A stretch of DNA of 64,000 nt from an uncultured Bacteroidales bacterium. Its GTDB lineage: Bacteria > Bacteroidota > Bacteroidia > Bacteroidales > CAYTAU01. The position numbers and the translations under genes are program-made. Location of the stretch: positions 10,507 through 74,506 of the forward strand of contig CAYTAU010000007.1 of NCBI GenBank assembly GCA_964435855.1. Reading direction: 5' to 3'. This document shows positions 20,551 to 31,510 of the stretch, piece after piece. A model generated the notes under the pieces. The model saw only the letters and a list, made by a program, of their open reading frames with translations, was not told where the DNA came from and made no database searches. Position 1 is the first letter of the stretch, and every line of letters starts with the position of its first letter.

Positions 20551-21165
20551 ATGGATATTATTTTAAAATATTTTCCTGAATTATCTAAAGAAAAAATCGC
20601 ACAATTTTCAGCACTAAAAGATATGTATTTATACTGGAATGAGAGGATAAACCTTGTTTCAAGAAAAGATATTTCTAATTTGTCTGAAAAGCATATTTTA
20701 CATTCATTGTTTATAGCTAAGGTTTTTGATCTTAAGAAAAACAGTAAAATATTAGATGTTGGAACCGGTGGTGGTTTGCCAGGAATTCCTTTGGCAATTT
20801 ATTTTTCAGATGTACATTTTCATCTTGTTGATTCTATTGGGAAAAAAATAAAAGTAGTAAAAGAAATAATAAAAGAATTAAACTTAAAAAATGTTACTGC
20901 AGAGCAGATCAGAGTTGAAAATGTTAAATATAAATATGATTTTATTGTTAGCAGAGCAGTAAGCAATTTCCCTGATTTTGTATCACTTACAAAAAATAAA
21001 ATTAAGCATCAAAAAAATGAAGAACGAGGAATACTATATTTAAAAGGGGGTGATTTTAGTGCTGAAATTAAAGCATTTGAAAAATCTATAAATATATTTA
21101 ATATCTCTGATTATTTTGAAGAAGAGTACTTTGAAACAAAAAAATTAATTTTTCTTTCATTATAA
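20551..21165 (+). CDS. rsmG: 16S rRNA (guanine527-N7)-methyltransferase RsmG
   Basis: YWNERINLVSRKD...HILHSL...ILDVGTGGGLPGIPLAIYF...HLVDSIGKKIKVV matches RsmG/GidB throughout. Start is either TTG 20542 or ATG 20551. Confidence 0.9.
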   Translation: MDIILKYFPELSKEKIAQFSALKDMYLYWNERINLVSRKDISNLSEKHILHSLFIAKVFDLKKNSKILDVGTGGGLPGIPLAIYFSDVHFHLVDSIGKKIKVVKEIIKELNLKNVTAEQIRVENVKYKYDFIVSRAVSNFPDFVSLTKNKIKHQKNEERGILYLKGGDFSAEIKAFEKSINIFNISDYFEEEYFETKKLIFLSL

Positions 21166-21341
21166 ATAATACCGATTAGTAATCAAAATTACCAATAAAT
21201 TCACTCTGTTCTTTATCGATATTTGATTATCTATCGGCATTTACCATTGTAATTTCAAAACTTGTTTACACTGCATTTTGAAATACAATTGGTATAACAA
21301 GAGTAATTACAGGTTTTTTTATACAGGCAACTTAAAATAAA

Positions 21342-21374
21342 ATAGCCCTCAGCCAATGGATGAGGGCTATTTTT
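21342..21374. terminator. bidirectional intrinsic terminator between convergent rsmG and floA
   Basis: Perfect 10-bp stem atagccctca / tgagggctat around a 9-nt loop, flanked by A-run and T-run. Confidence 0.6.
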
Positions 21375-21396
21375 ATATTACTAATTGAAATTATTA

Positions 21397-22413
21397 TTAT
21401 TTAGGTGTTCCTCCTTTTTTAGCAGGTGGTTTTGCTATAGAGTCTCTCATTTCGGTATCGGCAACTATGTTTTTCATTTTATAATAATCCATAATTCCCA
21501 TATTTCCGCTACGGAAAGCTTCTGCCATTGCCAAAGGTACTTCTGCTTCTGCTTCAATTACTTTAGCTCTCATCTTTTGTGCTTCAGCTTTCATCTCTTG
21601 TTCGTGTGCTACAGCCATTGCTCTTCTTTCCTCTGCTTTTGCTCTCGCAACTTTAAGGTCGGCTTCTGCTTGGTCTGTCTGTAGTTCTGCTCCAATATTT
21701 TTTCCAATATCAATATCTGCAATATCAATAGATAAAATTTCGAAAGCAGTACCTGCGTCCAAACCTTTTTCAAGAACAACTCTTGATATAGAATCAGGGT
21801 TTTCTAACACTGATTTATGCGAATCTGCAGAACCAATAGATGACACAATACCCTCTCCAATTCTTGCCAATACAGTATCCTCACCTGCTCCACCTACCAA
21901 TTGCTTGATATTTGCACGAACTGTAACTCTTGCTTTTGCAACAAGCTGAATACCATCAAGGGCAACTGCTGTTACAGGGGGGGTGTTAATTACTTTGGGT
22001 ATAACCGACATCTGCACAGCTTCAAATACATCTCTACCTGCAAGGTCGATTGCTGTTGCCATATTAAAAGGCAACTCAATATTTGCTTTTGAAGCCGATA
22101 CTAATGCGTTTATAACTTTCTGAACATGTCCGCCTGCAAGAAAATGTGCTTCAATTTCGTTTCTGTTTAAAGGAACTCCGGCTTTTGTGCCAATAATTAG
22201 TGCATTTACAACAATTTTTGGTGGTACTTTTCTCCATCGCATCACTATAAGTTGTAATAACGATATTCTAACTCCCGATACCAGTGCCTGAAACCATAAT
22301 CCTAATGGTATAAGATAAAGTATCAGCCATAAAAATACAATAGCTGCAACTACTATTGCAATGTAAAATACATTTGACATTTGTTGTGCTGCAATTATTA
22401 ATCCGTTAATCAT
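21397..22413 (-). CDS. floA: flotillin-like protein FloA (SPFH domain, UPF0365/YqfA family)
   Basis: Near-collinear match to the B. subtilis YqfA pattern: [23 protein letters not shown]...[27 protein letters not shown]...[46 protein letters not shown]...[18 protein letters not shown]. Confidence 0.9.
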   Translation of the reverse strand: MINGLIIAAQQMSNVFYIAIVVAAIVFLWLILYLIPLGLWFQALVSGVRISLLQLIVMRWRKVPPKIVVNALIIGTKAGVPLNRNEIEAHFLAGGHVQKVINALVSASKANIELPFNMATAIDLAGRDVFEAVQMSVIPKVINTPPVTAVALDGIQLVAKARVTVRANIKQLVGGAGEDTVLARIGEGIVSSIGSADSHKSVLENPDSISRVVLEKGLDAGTAFEILSIDIADIDIGKNIGAELQTDQAEADLKVARAKAEERRAMAVAHEQEMKAEAQKMRAKVIEAEAEVPLAMAEAFRSGNMGIMDYYKMKNIVADTEMRDSIAKPPAKKGGTPK

Positions 22414-22419
22414 AATAAT

Positions 22420-22887
22420 TTAGTTTTTAGGTTTAACAATAATATTTGTATTTAAAATTTTTGTAACAATTATTTCTGTATTTTCATCTATAAACTTATG
22501 TAAAGATTTTGCCTCGTAATATTCATCATTGATAATTACTTTTCCCATAGGTGCCAATCGCGAAATTGTTGTTCCCTTATCACCAAGCTTTATTTTACCT
22601 TCGTCAATTTCATTCGATTTAGAATCAACAGACGAACGAAGCATTAGTTTTTTCCACGTACGAGAACGTAGGGCAAAATAAAGGACTATCAAAAGTAAAA
22701 TAAAAACAACAAGAACTGTATAGTTTCCAATTTTATTTCCAAAATTATCGTAAGACATATATACTCCACCTGCAATAAAAGCCAATCCGCCCAAACCTGC
22801 AACGGTTATTCCCGGTACCACAAGAAATTCTAATAGTATTAGAAAAAAACCTATAAGTATTAATACGCAAATTATAAAAATAATCAT
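22420..22887 (-). CDS. NfeD-family membrane protein (partner of FloA)
   Basis: Three N-terminal TM helices plus a C-terminal OB-like NfeD domain (GDKGTTISRLAPMGKVIINDEYYEAKS...). Lies 6 nt upstream of floA. Confidence 0.8.
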   Translation of the reverse strand: MIIFIICVLILIGFFLILLEFLVVPGITVAGLGGLAFIAGGVYMSYDNFGNKIGNYTVLVVFILLLIVLYFALRSRTWKKLMLRSSVDSKSNEIDEGKIKLGDKGTTISRLAPMGKVIINDEYYEAKSLHKFIDENTEIIVTKILNTNIIVKPKN

Positions 22888-22890
22888 ATT

Positions 22891-23172
22891 CTATTCTATT
22901 GTTACGCTTAATTTTTTTAAGATTAAAAGGTCTTTCAATGTTGTAAGCGATTTGTATGAGCCTTTTTTTACATCGCATTTGCCATTAAAATGGACTATGT
23001 ATGCACATTGTTCTGCTTGCACAATATCGTGGTCGCAAATTTCAATCAATGATTTTATTACATGGTCGAATGTATTGTGATTATCGTTGTGTAATACTAA
23101 AAGACGGGGTTTTTCGGTCTTCTTAGATGTTGATTTTTTTAATACTTTCTTTATTTCTGTCATAACTTCCAA
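22891..23172 (-). CDS. clpS: ATP-dependent Clp protease adaptor ClpS
   Basis: LLVLHNDNHNTFDHVIKSLIEICDHDIVQAEQCAYIVHFNGKCDVKKGSY matches the ClpS core. Confidence 0.85.
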   Translation of the reverse strand: MEVMTEIKKVLKKSTSKKTEKPRLLVLHNDNHNTFDHVIKSLIEICDHDIVQAEQCAYIVHFNGKCDVKKGSYKSLTTLKDLLILKKLSVTIE

Positions 23173-23396
23173 TTTTTCAACGACACAAAAATATAAAAAT
23201 TTATCAAATTGTTAATAACTTATATGATTTATTAACAATTATTTTGTAATGCGGTGATAATCAGCATAGATTTTTTGGCACTGCTTCCAATTAAATTATA
23301 GAAAAAAGCTGAACTTTAGTTTGTGTTTTTTTAGAGCTGTTATTTTATTGGAAATGAAGGCGACAGGCTTTTTTCTGAATGACAAAACAAAATTCA

Positions 23397-23786
23397 TTAA
23401 GCAATATACTTGTCTATTATATTTCTTAATTTTTTGGAAGTTACCGGTTTAGGCAAATAATCATCACAGCCTGCCTTAATTGCTCTATCTTTGTCTCCCA
23501 ATAATGCAAATGCTGTTTGTGCTATTATAGGTATATCATTGCGTATTGCTTTAATTTTTTTTGTTGCCTGATACCCGTTCATAACAGGCATTTTAATATC
23601 CATTAAAACAAGATCAATATCTTGTCTTCGTTTACATAGATCAACGGCTTCTTTACCATTTACAGCAAGTATTGTGTTAAAATTAAATTTTTTTAAAATA
23701 ACTTTAAAATACTTGCAGCTTACATCATAGTCTTCAACTATTAATATAGTTTTTTTCCTTTTTATTGGTATGTTTTTGGTTTGCAT
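23397..23786 (-). CDS. stand-alone response-regulator receiver protein (CheY-like)
   Basis: TILIVEDYD...DLVLMDIKMPVMNGY...IPIIAQTAFA...KAGCDDYLPKP. The tracked ORF extends to 23867, but ATG 23786 (MQTKNIPIKRKK) is the more likely start. Confidence 0.85.
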   Translation of the reverse strand: MQTKNIPIKRKKTILIVEDYDVSCKYFKVILKKFNFNTILAVNGKEAVDLCKRRQDIDLVLMDIKMPVMNGYQATKKIKAIRNDIPIIAQTAFALLGDKDRAIKAGCDDYLPKPVTSKKLRNIIDKYIA

Positions 23787-24001
23787 TTTTGGTTTATGAA
23801 CGAATAATACCGACAGGACATTCAATATAGCCAAAAATATTGGACTACTTTCATGTAGCATCGGCATTAACCATTGTAAAATTATAAAATGTCTTTGGAC
23901 TATTTTATAATTACAATTGGTATAAAAGTAAACATATCTAAAATAACTGCCAAATTTTTTATTTTTGCATATCTTTATAGCTGCAAAATAAAATATAAAT
24001 T

Positions 24002-24865
24002 ATGCAAACAGAAACTGTAAATTTTAAAAAAGAACACGATTTTGGAAGTATTATTAGCGGTACGTTTCAATTTTTAAAACAAGAATACAAAATGCTGTTA
24101 AGAATGATCTTGCTTTATGCAGGACCATTTATTTTATTTCAGATCATTGCCAATGCAATGTTTCAGGATAATATGTTAGATTTTCAATCAAAGATCATTT
24201 ATGGCGGGAATCCATTCGACTTTCTTAAAGAATTTTTCAATTACTTTTTGATATTAACATTCTTTTCAACCTTAACTTATACGATGATAATATCAATTAC
24301 TAATTCGTATATTAGCATTTATGCAGAAAAAGGAAAAGATAACTTTACATCGCAAGATGTTTGGCAAAAAACACAAAGTAATTTTTTCAAAGTACTTGGT
24401 GCAAATATTCTTGTTGCAATAATTGTTGGTATAGGTACAGTTTTTTGTTTTATACCTGGTATATATTTGTTTGTTTCACTTTCGTTGATATATATTATAA
24501 TGATAAATGAGAACGTCAGTATTGGTGATGCTTTTTCAAAAAGTTTTGCATTAACAAAAGTTCAATGGTGGTGGACCCTTTTACTTATAATTGTTGTTTA
24601 TGCCATAATTGGAGTAATAACAATGATTATTAGTATTCCATCTGCTGTTATAAATAGTTCTGCCGCATTCAATTTTAGTGGTGAAATATCAGAAACCAGT
24701 AGAATGACAAATATTATTTTTAACGCATTACTTACATTAGTTTCTGCCATTCTCAGTGTAATTCCAATAATAGCTTTATCGTTTCAATATTTTAATATTA
24801 AAGCAATAAATAACAAAACATCTTTGTTGCAGCAATTGGATGGGAATAACAATACTGAAAACTAA
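24002..24865 (+). CDS. multi-pass membrane protein of unknown function
   Basis: At least 6 hydrophobic helices and no recognisable motif. Confidence 0.6.
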   Translation: MQTETVNFKKEHDFGSIISGTFQFLKQEYKMLLRMILLYAGPFILFQIIANAMFQDNMLDFQSKIIYGGNPFDFLKEFFNYFLILTFFSTLTYTMIISITNSYISIYAEKGKDNFTSQDVWQKTQSNFFKVLGANILVAIIVGIGTVFCFIPGIYLFVSLSLIYIIMINENVSIGDAFSKSFALTKVQWWWTLLLIIVVYAIIGVITMIISIPSAVINSSAAFNFSGEISETSRMTNIIFNALLTLVSAILSVIPIIALSFQYFNIKAINNKTSLLQQLDGNNNTEN

Positions 24866-24950
24866 ACAGGATAAAACAGAAAATTAAAACAAAAATAAAT
24901 TATTTATAATTTATTTTTAAAGTTTTGTATATTTGCAAACTCAAAAAATT

Positions 24951-25024
24951 GGTCTAGTAGCTCAGCTGGATAGAGCAACAGCCTTCTAAGCTGTAGGTCC
25001 CAGGTTCGAATCCTGGCTGGATCA
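24951..25024 (+). tRNA. tRNA-Arg (anticodon TCT)
   Basis: Hand-folded cloverleaf. Acceptor GGTCTAG/CTGGATC, D-arm GCTC-AGCTGGATA-GAGC, anticodon arm ACAGC-CTTCTAA-GCTGT (TCT at 24985-24987), variable loop AGGTC, T-arm CCAGG-TTCGAAT-CCTGG, discriminator A. CCA is not encoded. Confidence 0.9.
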
Positions 25025-25035
25025 CTAAAAAAAGA

Positions 25036-25066
25036 AAGTTTATCACGTTGTGATAAGCTTTTTTTA
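25036..25066 (+). terminator. intrinsic terminator after tRNA-Arg
   Basis: Stem of about 11 bp (aagtttatcac / gtgataagctt) with a 3-nt loop, followed by a T-run. Confidence 0.55.
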
Positions 25067-25494
25067 TTTTCTGCTTATTCAAATGAAATTTGAATAAGCA
25101 AGCAAATAAAAAATGATAATGTTCTCGAAGAGAATATGCTTTCTTTTCGGAATTCGGAGCACAAAGGATCATAAAATAATTCTGGCTGGATCACAGAAAT
25201 TTTAAACCGATTTGATTATTCTTATCGATTTTTTTTTGATAATTTACACTACTTAATCTACAAAATATTATTCCTGTCCAATATAATATATACTAATGTA
25301 AATATGAATATTAAGCAAATTTTGTGTGCGTTTTGCATACGTAATGAATTTTGTTTATGCCTCTACAATTAGCATTAATGTTGTTATTTTATGATAAATT
25401 TATTATATTTGTAGGTTGGTAAAGGAAATCATCCATGCTAAATAACTTGATTTGCTAACTTAATTTAAAATTATTAATTAAAATCCAAGACATT

Positions 25495-28400
25495 ATGAAA
25501 TCAAAAAATCTAATTTTAATTGTTTCAATCTTGTTTTTCTTTACAAGTATAAATATTAATGCAAGAGAAGTAAAAGATTATAATGTTAGTTATAAGCAAA
25601 CACAAACTAATGAATTTACTGTTAAATTTCAAGTTAACAATTACTCGCTTAATGATATTGATAAAGATGGAGTAACATATTCAAATTTAATTTTTGAGAA
25701 TAGTGTTACAACAAAAAAACAAGGTTGGGCAGAATTACCATTTTTACATGCTTCTGTTCAATTACCGAATAATAAAAATGTAACCGTAGAAATTGTTGAT
25801 ATACAATATGAAGACATTGATATTAATTACCCAATGCTTCCGTCAAGAGGTGTTATATACAGAAATCAGGATCCCTCAACAATTCCTTATCAAATAGACC
25901 CTGCCTCAATTGTTGATGAATGGTATCCTGATGAACTATTTAATAATACTGAACCTTATATTTTACGAGATGTAAGGGGTGAAAATATTTATGTTTATCC
26001 TTTTCAATACAATTCTGTACAAAATAAGTTAAGAGTTTACAAAAATATAACATTAAGAGTAGTTGAAAATAATACTCAGGTAATTAATCCAATTGCTAAT
26101 GTTAATACAAAAGTTGCTCGCGAAATGCCTTCAATATATAATTCCATTTTTATTAACTATAGCGAATACCATACTAAATGGACAAATGAAATTGATGAAT
26201 ATGGCGAAATACTTGTACTTTACACTTCGCGTGACGCAATAGTTATTCAACCTTGGATAACATGGAAAAAAGAAATGGGCTATACCGTTCATGAAACACA
26301 ACTATCAACAGGTACAAATGCCAAAACTACTATACAAAATGCTTATGATGCCAATAACGACATATTGTATGTTTTAATTGTTGGCGATTATGCAGATATT
26401 TCTTCAGATCTGGGAACAACACAAAACGGAGCAATGGACCCCATGCTTGGTTGTGTTGTTGGCACCGATGATTATCATGATATTATTATTGGGCGGTTTT
26501 CTGCTTCAACAACTACACATGTTACAACGCAGGCTAATAAAACAATTGCTTATGAAAGGGACCCCGAAACCGCAGGAACATGGTATTCTTATGGTTTGGG
26601 TATTGGAGGAAATGACGGACCAGGAGATGATAGTGAAGACGATTATGAACAAGTAGATGTAATTAAAGATTATAAATTACTGCCTTTCACATATGCTGCA
26701 GTTAATGAGGCTTATGGCAGCCCAACTGCAACAACTGTGGCAAACTATGTTAATGCCGGTTTAAGTGTAATTAATTATTGCGGACATGGAGACCATGATT
26801 ATTGGGTAACTAGTGGATATTCAAACACAAATATTAACGCTTCTACAAATGGAAATAAATTACCTTTTATTTTTTCAGTAGCATGTATTGTTGGAGAATT
26901 TCATACCGGAGGAGATTGTTTTGGAGAAGCTTGGCTTAAAAAATCTGATGGCGGTGCAATTGGAGCTTGGATGTCTTCAATAAATCAACCTTGGAACCCA
27001 CCTATGAGGGGACAGGATTATGCTAATGATGTTTTAACTCAAGGTTACAATTACAGCACAGGATCAGGTAGCGGAACATCAACTACTTATGGGAAAACAA
27101 CTTTTGGTTCTATTACGTTTAATGCTGCTGCTTTAATGATTTCTGAAGCATCAAATACTGAAGACTGGGACACATACAAAACTTGGATAGTATTTGGAGA
27201 CCCTTCATTTCAGGTAAGAACAGAAACCCCAAAAGCAATTACAATAACAAACCCTGTTGTATCTACCGGGTCATACACAACACAAATTACTGTGGGTGGT
27301 AGCCCTTTTGAAAATGCTTTAGTTTCACTTTATAAAGCAGGAGATCCACAACCATTTGCAGGATTAACCGATGCATCAGGTAATGTTACTATTAATCATA
27401 CATTATCCGGAACAATCAAGTTGACAGTAACAGGATTTAATCTTGATACTTACTCACAAGATGTTGTTGTTTCATCTCCAATTCCTCCAACGGCTGATTT
27501 TATAGCAGACCAAACAAATGTTACAGCAGGAACAACTGTTAATTTTACTGACACATCAACAGATTATCCAACGTCGTGGGATTGGACATTTGTAAATGGA
27601 ACTCCTGGCACAAGTACAGACCAAAATCCTTCAATTCAATATAATACTCCAGGTGTTTATAATGTTACATTAATTGCAACAAATGGTTCCGGCTCAGATA
27701 CTGAAACAAAAACAGGATATATTACTGTAACAGCAGTATCAACTCCTCCTGTTGCCGATTTTGTTGCAAGCTCTATAACTGTTGTAGTTAATCAATCTAT
27801 AGCCTTTACTGATCTTTCAACAAATTTACCAACATCATGGGATTGGACATTTGCCGGAGGAACACCTAATAGTTCACCAGATCAAGATCCATCAAATATT
27901 ACTTATAATACAGTTGGTACATATACAGTTACATTAGAAGCAACTAATGGTTATGGTTCAGATACAGAAACAAAAGTAGCTTATATAACTGTTGTTGAAG
28001 ATCCTGCTTTCTCATTAGATTTTGAAGATTGTATTAATTATTCTGAAATATTTGACCCATGGTCACTTAATGATGTAGATGGAAAGGACACATATGCATC
28101 TAGTGATTGTGATTTTCCGGGCGAAACTGAACCAATGTCATTTATGGCATTTAATCCTTCTGATGCTGGATTTTCTCTTGCAAGTACACATGGAGGAGAA
28201 AGATGTGGTATGTCAATATGTCCTGCTGACGCCTCTGCTTCAAACGATTGGTTAATTTCTGATTACATAACTCTTGGAACAAGCTCAAGTATAACATTTT
28301 GGGTTTTGTCTCCAAAGCCTGGTAGTTGGGGAAATGATTCCTATAAAGTTGCAGTTTCTACAACAAATAATTCTCCGGCAAGTTTTAATGTAATTTCAGG

Positions 28401-30885
28401 AGCAACAGCTATTGAAGCTCCTGCTACATGGACTCAACATACTTATGATTTATCGGCTTATGATGGGCAACAAGTTTACCTTGGGATTAATCATGTATCG
28501 GCTGATAAATTTATGTTTTTTATTGACGATATTGAAATTAATACAACTATTACTGCTATAGTATATCCTACTGCTGAATTTGTTGCCAACAGTACATCTA
28601 TTTGTGTAGGCGAAACAGTTACTTTTACAAACCAAAGCGTAGATGCCGATACTTATGAGTGGACTTTTGCAGGAGGAACACCTGGAACAAGCACCAGTAC
28701 AAATCCAAACATTACATATAACACTCCGGGAACATATCAGGTTCAACTTATTGCTACTAATTCTACAGGTGGTTCTGATACCGAAGTTAAAACAAGTTAT
28801 ATTGTTGTTGAAGCAATTTTACCTGTTGATGTTACAATAGCAGGTAATAATACAATTTGTACAGGCGAAACAGTTGTTATTAATGCAAGTCCAACAAACG
28901 AAGGAACAACACCTACTTATGAGTGGTTTATAAACGGAAGTAGTGTTGGTAACGACAACCCAATCTATACATCAACATCACTTGCTGATGGAGATATTGT
29001 TACTTGTGAATTAACTTCTTCATTTTCTTGTGCAACAGGAAATCCTGCAACTTCAAGTGGAATTACAATGACAGTTAATCCAAACCTTGCTGTTGATGTT
29101 ACAATAGCAGGTAATAATACAATTTGTGCTGGCGAAACAGTTATTATTAATGCAACACCAACAAATGAAGGAACAACACCAACTTATGAGTGGTTTATAA
29201 ACGGAAGCAGTGTTGGAAACGACAATCCAAGCTATACATCAACATCACTTGCTGATGGAGATATTATTACTTGCGAATTAACTTCTTCAGAACCTTGTAA
29301 TGATGGCCCGGCAACATCAAATTCTATTACTATGTCTGTTACTGCAACTTTATCTGTTGATGTTACAATTAATGCTTCCACTGCAGCAATATGTACCGGA
29401 GATAATGTAGATTTTACTTCTACTCCTACAAATGGAGGAGCAACACCTGCTTATCAATGGCAGGTAAATGGTTCTAATGTGGGAACGGGTAGTACATATT
29501 CTTCTTCTATATTAAATGATGGTGATATTGTTTCTTGTGTTCTTACATCTTCTGAAATATGTAACGATGGACCTGCAACATCAAATTCTATTATTATGAC
29601 TGTTGCTTCAAGTTTGCCTGCTTCAGTTTCAATTACAGGAAATAATTCAATTTGTGCAGGTGAAACAGTTGTTATTGACGCAAGTCCAACAAATGAAGGA
29701 GCAAGCCCAACTTATGAGTGGTTTATAAATGGAAGTAGTGTTGGTAACAACAATCCAACTTATACATCAACATCGCTTGCTGATGGAGATATTATTACTT
29801 GCCAATTAACTTCGTCATTATCATGTGCAACAGGAAATCCTGCAATATCAAATACACTTACAATAACGGTTAATTCAAGTCTTACTGTTTCTTTAAGTAT
29901 CGCAGGAAACAGCACAATATGTGCAGGAGAAAACACAACATTTACAGCTTCTCCTACAAACGGAGGAACAACACCTGCTTATCAATGGCAAGTAAATGGC
30001 TCTAATGTTGGTATCGGTGGTACCTATTCTTCTACTACATTAAATGATGGTGATATTGTTTCTTGTATTCTTACATCTTCCGAACCATGTAACAACGGAC
30101 CTGCAACATCAAATTCTATTACTATTGATGTTACAGCAAGTTTGGCTGTTGATGTTATGATAGCAGGCAATAATACAATTTGTGCAGGCGGTAATGCAAC
30201 ATTTACAGCTTCTCCGGCAAACGGAGGAACAACACCTGCGTATCAATGGCAGGTAAATGGTTATTATGTGGGAACGGGTAGTACATATTCTTCTACTACA
30301 TTAAATGATGGTGATATTGTTAGCTGTATTTTAACTTCTTCTGAGCCTTGTGTTACAAACAACCCTGCAACATCTAATTCATTAGCTATTACTGTTAATG
30401 AATTGCCAACTGCAAATTTTGTTTTCTCAACAAACTATCTTGATGTTACATTTATAAATACTTCAACAAATGCAGTATCATATTTTTGGAATTTTGGTGA
30501 TGGAAACACGAGTACATTCCCTGACAATACACATACTTATATAGCAGACGGAACTTACGATGTAACTTTAATTGCAACTAATGCTTGTGGTAGTGATACC
30601 ACTATAATAACAATTAATATAGTAGGAGTTTCAATTGCAGATAAACCTAAACTTTCTGATGTGGAAATTTATCCTAACCCTAGTTCAGGCTTAATAACTA
30701 TTGATTTGCACAATAACAATGTTGACAAGCTTGAAATTGTTGATGTTATTGGTAAACTTCAATACTCAAAAGTAAAAGTCAATAATGTTACCAAACTTGA
30801 TCTTAGCAAACTTAATAAGGGTGTTTATTTTATTAAGTTAGTTAATGAAGATAAATCATTGGTTTATAAAATTGTTTTAAATTAA
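25495..30885 (+). CDS. giant C25-family (gingipain-like) cysteine peptidase with PKD domains, choice-of-anchor-J/cleaved-adhesin-like domain, six Ig-like tandem repeats and type A T9SS CTD
   Basis: Signal peptide and propeptide-like N-terminus. Catalytic region [13 protein letters not shown]...[11 protein letters not shown] (His)...[13 protein letters not shown] (Cys). PKD units (WDWTF.GGTP.TS..QNP...YNTPG.Y.V.L.ATN..GSD). C-terminus [14 protein letters not shown]...[21 protein letters not shown]. Confidence 0.85.
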   Translation: MKSKNLILIVSILFFFTSININAREVKDYNVSYKQTQTNEFTVKFQVNNYSLNDIDKDGVTYSNLIFENSVTTKKQGWAELPFLHASVQLPNNKNVTVEIVDIQYEDIDINYPMLPSRGVIYRNQDPSTIPYQIDPASIVDEWYPDELFNNTEPYILRDVRGENIYVYPFQYNSVQNKLRVYKNITLRVVENNTQVINPIANVNTKVAREMPSIYNSIFINYSEYHTKWTNEIDEYGEILVLYTSRDAIVIQPWITWKKEMGYTVHETQLSTGTNAKTTIQNAYDANNDILYVLIVGDYADISSDLGTTQNGAMDPMLGCVVGTDDYHDIIIGRFSASTTTHVTTQANKTIAYERDPETAGTWYSYGLGIGGNDGPGDDSEDDYEQVDVIKDYKLLPFTYAAVNEAYGSPTATTVANYVNAGLSVINYCGHGDHDYWVTSGYSNTNINASTNGNKLPFIFSVACIVGEFHTGGDCFGEAWLKKSDGGAIGAWMSSINQPWNPPMRGQDYANDVLTQGYNYSTGSGSGTSTTYGKTTFGSITFNAAALMISEASNTEDWDTYKTWIVFGDPSFQVRTETPKAITITNPVVSTGSYTTQITVGGSPFENALVSLYKAGDPQPFAGLTDASGNVTINHTLSGTIKLTVTGFNLDTYSQDVVVSSPIPPTADFIADQTNVTAGTTVNFTDTSTDYPTSWDWTFVNGTPGTSTDQNPSIQYNTPGVYNVTLIATNGSGSDTETKTGYITVTAVSTPPVADFVASSITVVVNQSIAFTDLSTNLPTSWDWTFAGGTPNSSPDQDPSNITYNTVGTYTVTLEATNGYGSDTETKVAYITVVEDPAFSLDFEDCINYSEIFDPWSLNDVDGKDTYASSDCDFPGETEPMSFMAFNPSDAGFSLASTHGGERCGMSICPADASASNDWLISDYITLGTSSSITFWVLSPKPGSWGNDSYKVAVSTTNNSPASFNVISGATAIEAPATWTQHTYDLSAYDGQQVYLGINHVSADKFMFFIDDIEINTTITAIVYPTAEFVANSTSICVGETVTFTNQSVDADTYEWTFAGGTPGTSTSTNPNITYNTPGTYQVQLIATNSTGGSDTEVKTSYIVVEAILPVDVTIAGNNTICTGETVVINASPTNEGTTPTYEWFINGSSVGNDNPIYTSTSLADGDIVTCELTSSFSCATGNPATSSGITMTVNPNLAVDVTIAGNNTICAGETVIINATPTNEGTTPTYEWFINGSSVGNDNPSYTSTSLADGDIITCELTSSEPCNDGPATSNSITMSVTATLSVDVTINASTAAICTGDNVDFTSTPTNGGATPAYQWQVNGSNVGTGSTYSSSILNDGDIVSCVLTSSEICNDGPATSNSIIMTVASSLPASVSITGNNSICAGETVVIDASPTNEGASPTYEWFINGSSVGNNNPTYTSTSLADGDIITCQLTSSLSCATGNPAISNTLTITVNSSLTVSLSIAGNSTICAGENTTFTASPTNGGTTPAYQWQVNGSNVGIGGTYSSTTLNDGDIVSCILTSSEPCNNGPATSNSITIDVTASLAVDVMIAGNNTICAGGNATFTASPANGGTTPAYQWQVNGYYVGTGSTYSSTTLNDGDIVSCILTSSEPCVTNNPATSNSLAITVNELPTANFVFSTNYLDVTFINTSTNAVSYFWNFGDGNTSTFPDNTHTYIADGTYDVTLIATNACGSDTTIITINIVGVSIADKPKLSDVEIYPNPSSGLITIDLHNNNVDKLEIVDVIGKLQYSKVKVNNVTKLDLSKLNKGVYFIKLVNEDKSLVYKIVLN
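28819..30402 (+). repeat. six tandem ~264-bp (88-89 aa) coding repeats inside the C25 peptidase gene
   Basis: Units start [19 protein letters not shown]..., [19 protein letters not shown]..., [20 protein letters not shown]..., [19 protein letters not shown]..., [19 protein letters not shown]... and [19 protein letters not shown].... Long stretches are identical at the DNA level (e.g. 28825 vs 29092). Confidence 0.9.
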
Positions 30886-30965
30886 TTTTCCCAAACCTGT
30901 TAGGTTTAGATAAGTATAAAAACCTTAACATAAAAACATCCGAAAAGGCAATTTATTTATTCCTC

Positions 30966-31185
30966 GTTTTATCCCTGATTATGCAATAGGAGACTTGAAA
31001 AAGTCGAACTACTTGCATTAGCGAGGGTTAACCCCGACTCCTGCCTGCTGATTTACCTGCCGAAGGCATGGCAGGCAAGGTAGAGTTTCACCATTTTGAT
31101 GTTTTTCAAAATGGATGAAACTCTTTGTCGCTATGCTATAGAAATTTATTTTTATTTCTATTGCATAGTTTGGGTTTAACCGCAT
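30966..31185. repeat. REP/BIME-like array of four nested hairpin modules (left copy)
   Basis: Hairpins atgcaa..ttgcat, cctgcctgc..gcaggcaagg (GC-rich, 31025-31083), agtttcaccattttga..tcaaaatggatgaaact and ctatgctatagaaat..atttctattgcatag, separated by gggtt(t)aacc motifs. It mirrors the array at 41345-41569. Confidence 0.6.
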
Positions 31186-31432
31186 AAAAATAACCACACA
31201 GGAATATTTATTAAATGCAATAAATTACATATATCAAAATACTGTTAATCATGAATTAGTAGAAAATCTTAATGATTGGAAATACTCATCATATAATGTC
31301 TTTTTAAGCAACAAACCAACAAATTTAAATAGAAAAGAAGTAATAGAATTTTCCAATTCCACTACAGAGTATATTTTATATGAATTCATTGTCTATACTG
31401 GTTTAAAATTTTTCAGTATAAAAATAAGTTGA
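31178..31432 (+). pseudogene. 3' remnant of a REP-associated tyrosine transposase (RAYT / IS200-like Y1 transposase) gene
   Basis: The frame reads ...EYLLNAINYIYQNTVNHELVENLNDWKYSSYNVFLSNKPTNLNRKEVIEF...* (stop 31430-31432). The motif (Y)I(H)QN.V...LV....DW.YSSY is the conserved C-terminal end of Bacteroidota IS200-like/RAYT proteins. No start codon or HUH/catalytic-Tyr part is present. Confidence 0.55.
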
Positions 31433-31510
31433 TTTTTGATAAAAAATAACAGAATTGACAATTTTATTTTTGGATGTTTGATTTTTTATTGTTGAAGAGA
31501 AAAAAGTTAA

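Noticed and set aside
21385-21684. 99-aa Cys/Phe-rich ORF on the plus strand.
   Set aside because: It lies entirely inside the strongly conserved floA gene on the opposite strand and has low-complexity composition.
24954-25172. 72-aa minus-strand ORF.
   Set aside because: It overlaps tRNA-Arg and its terminator, so the translation is fortuitous.
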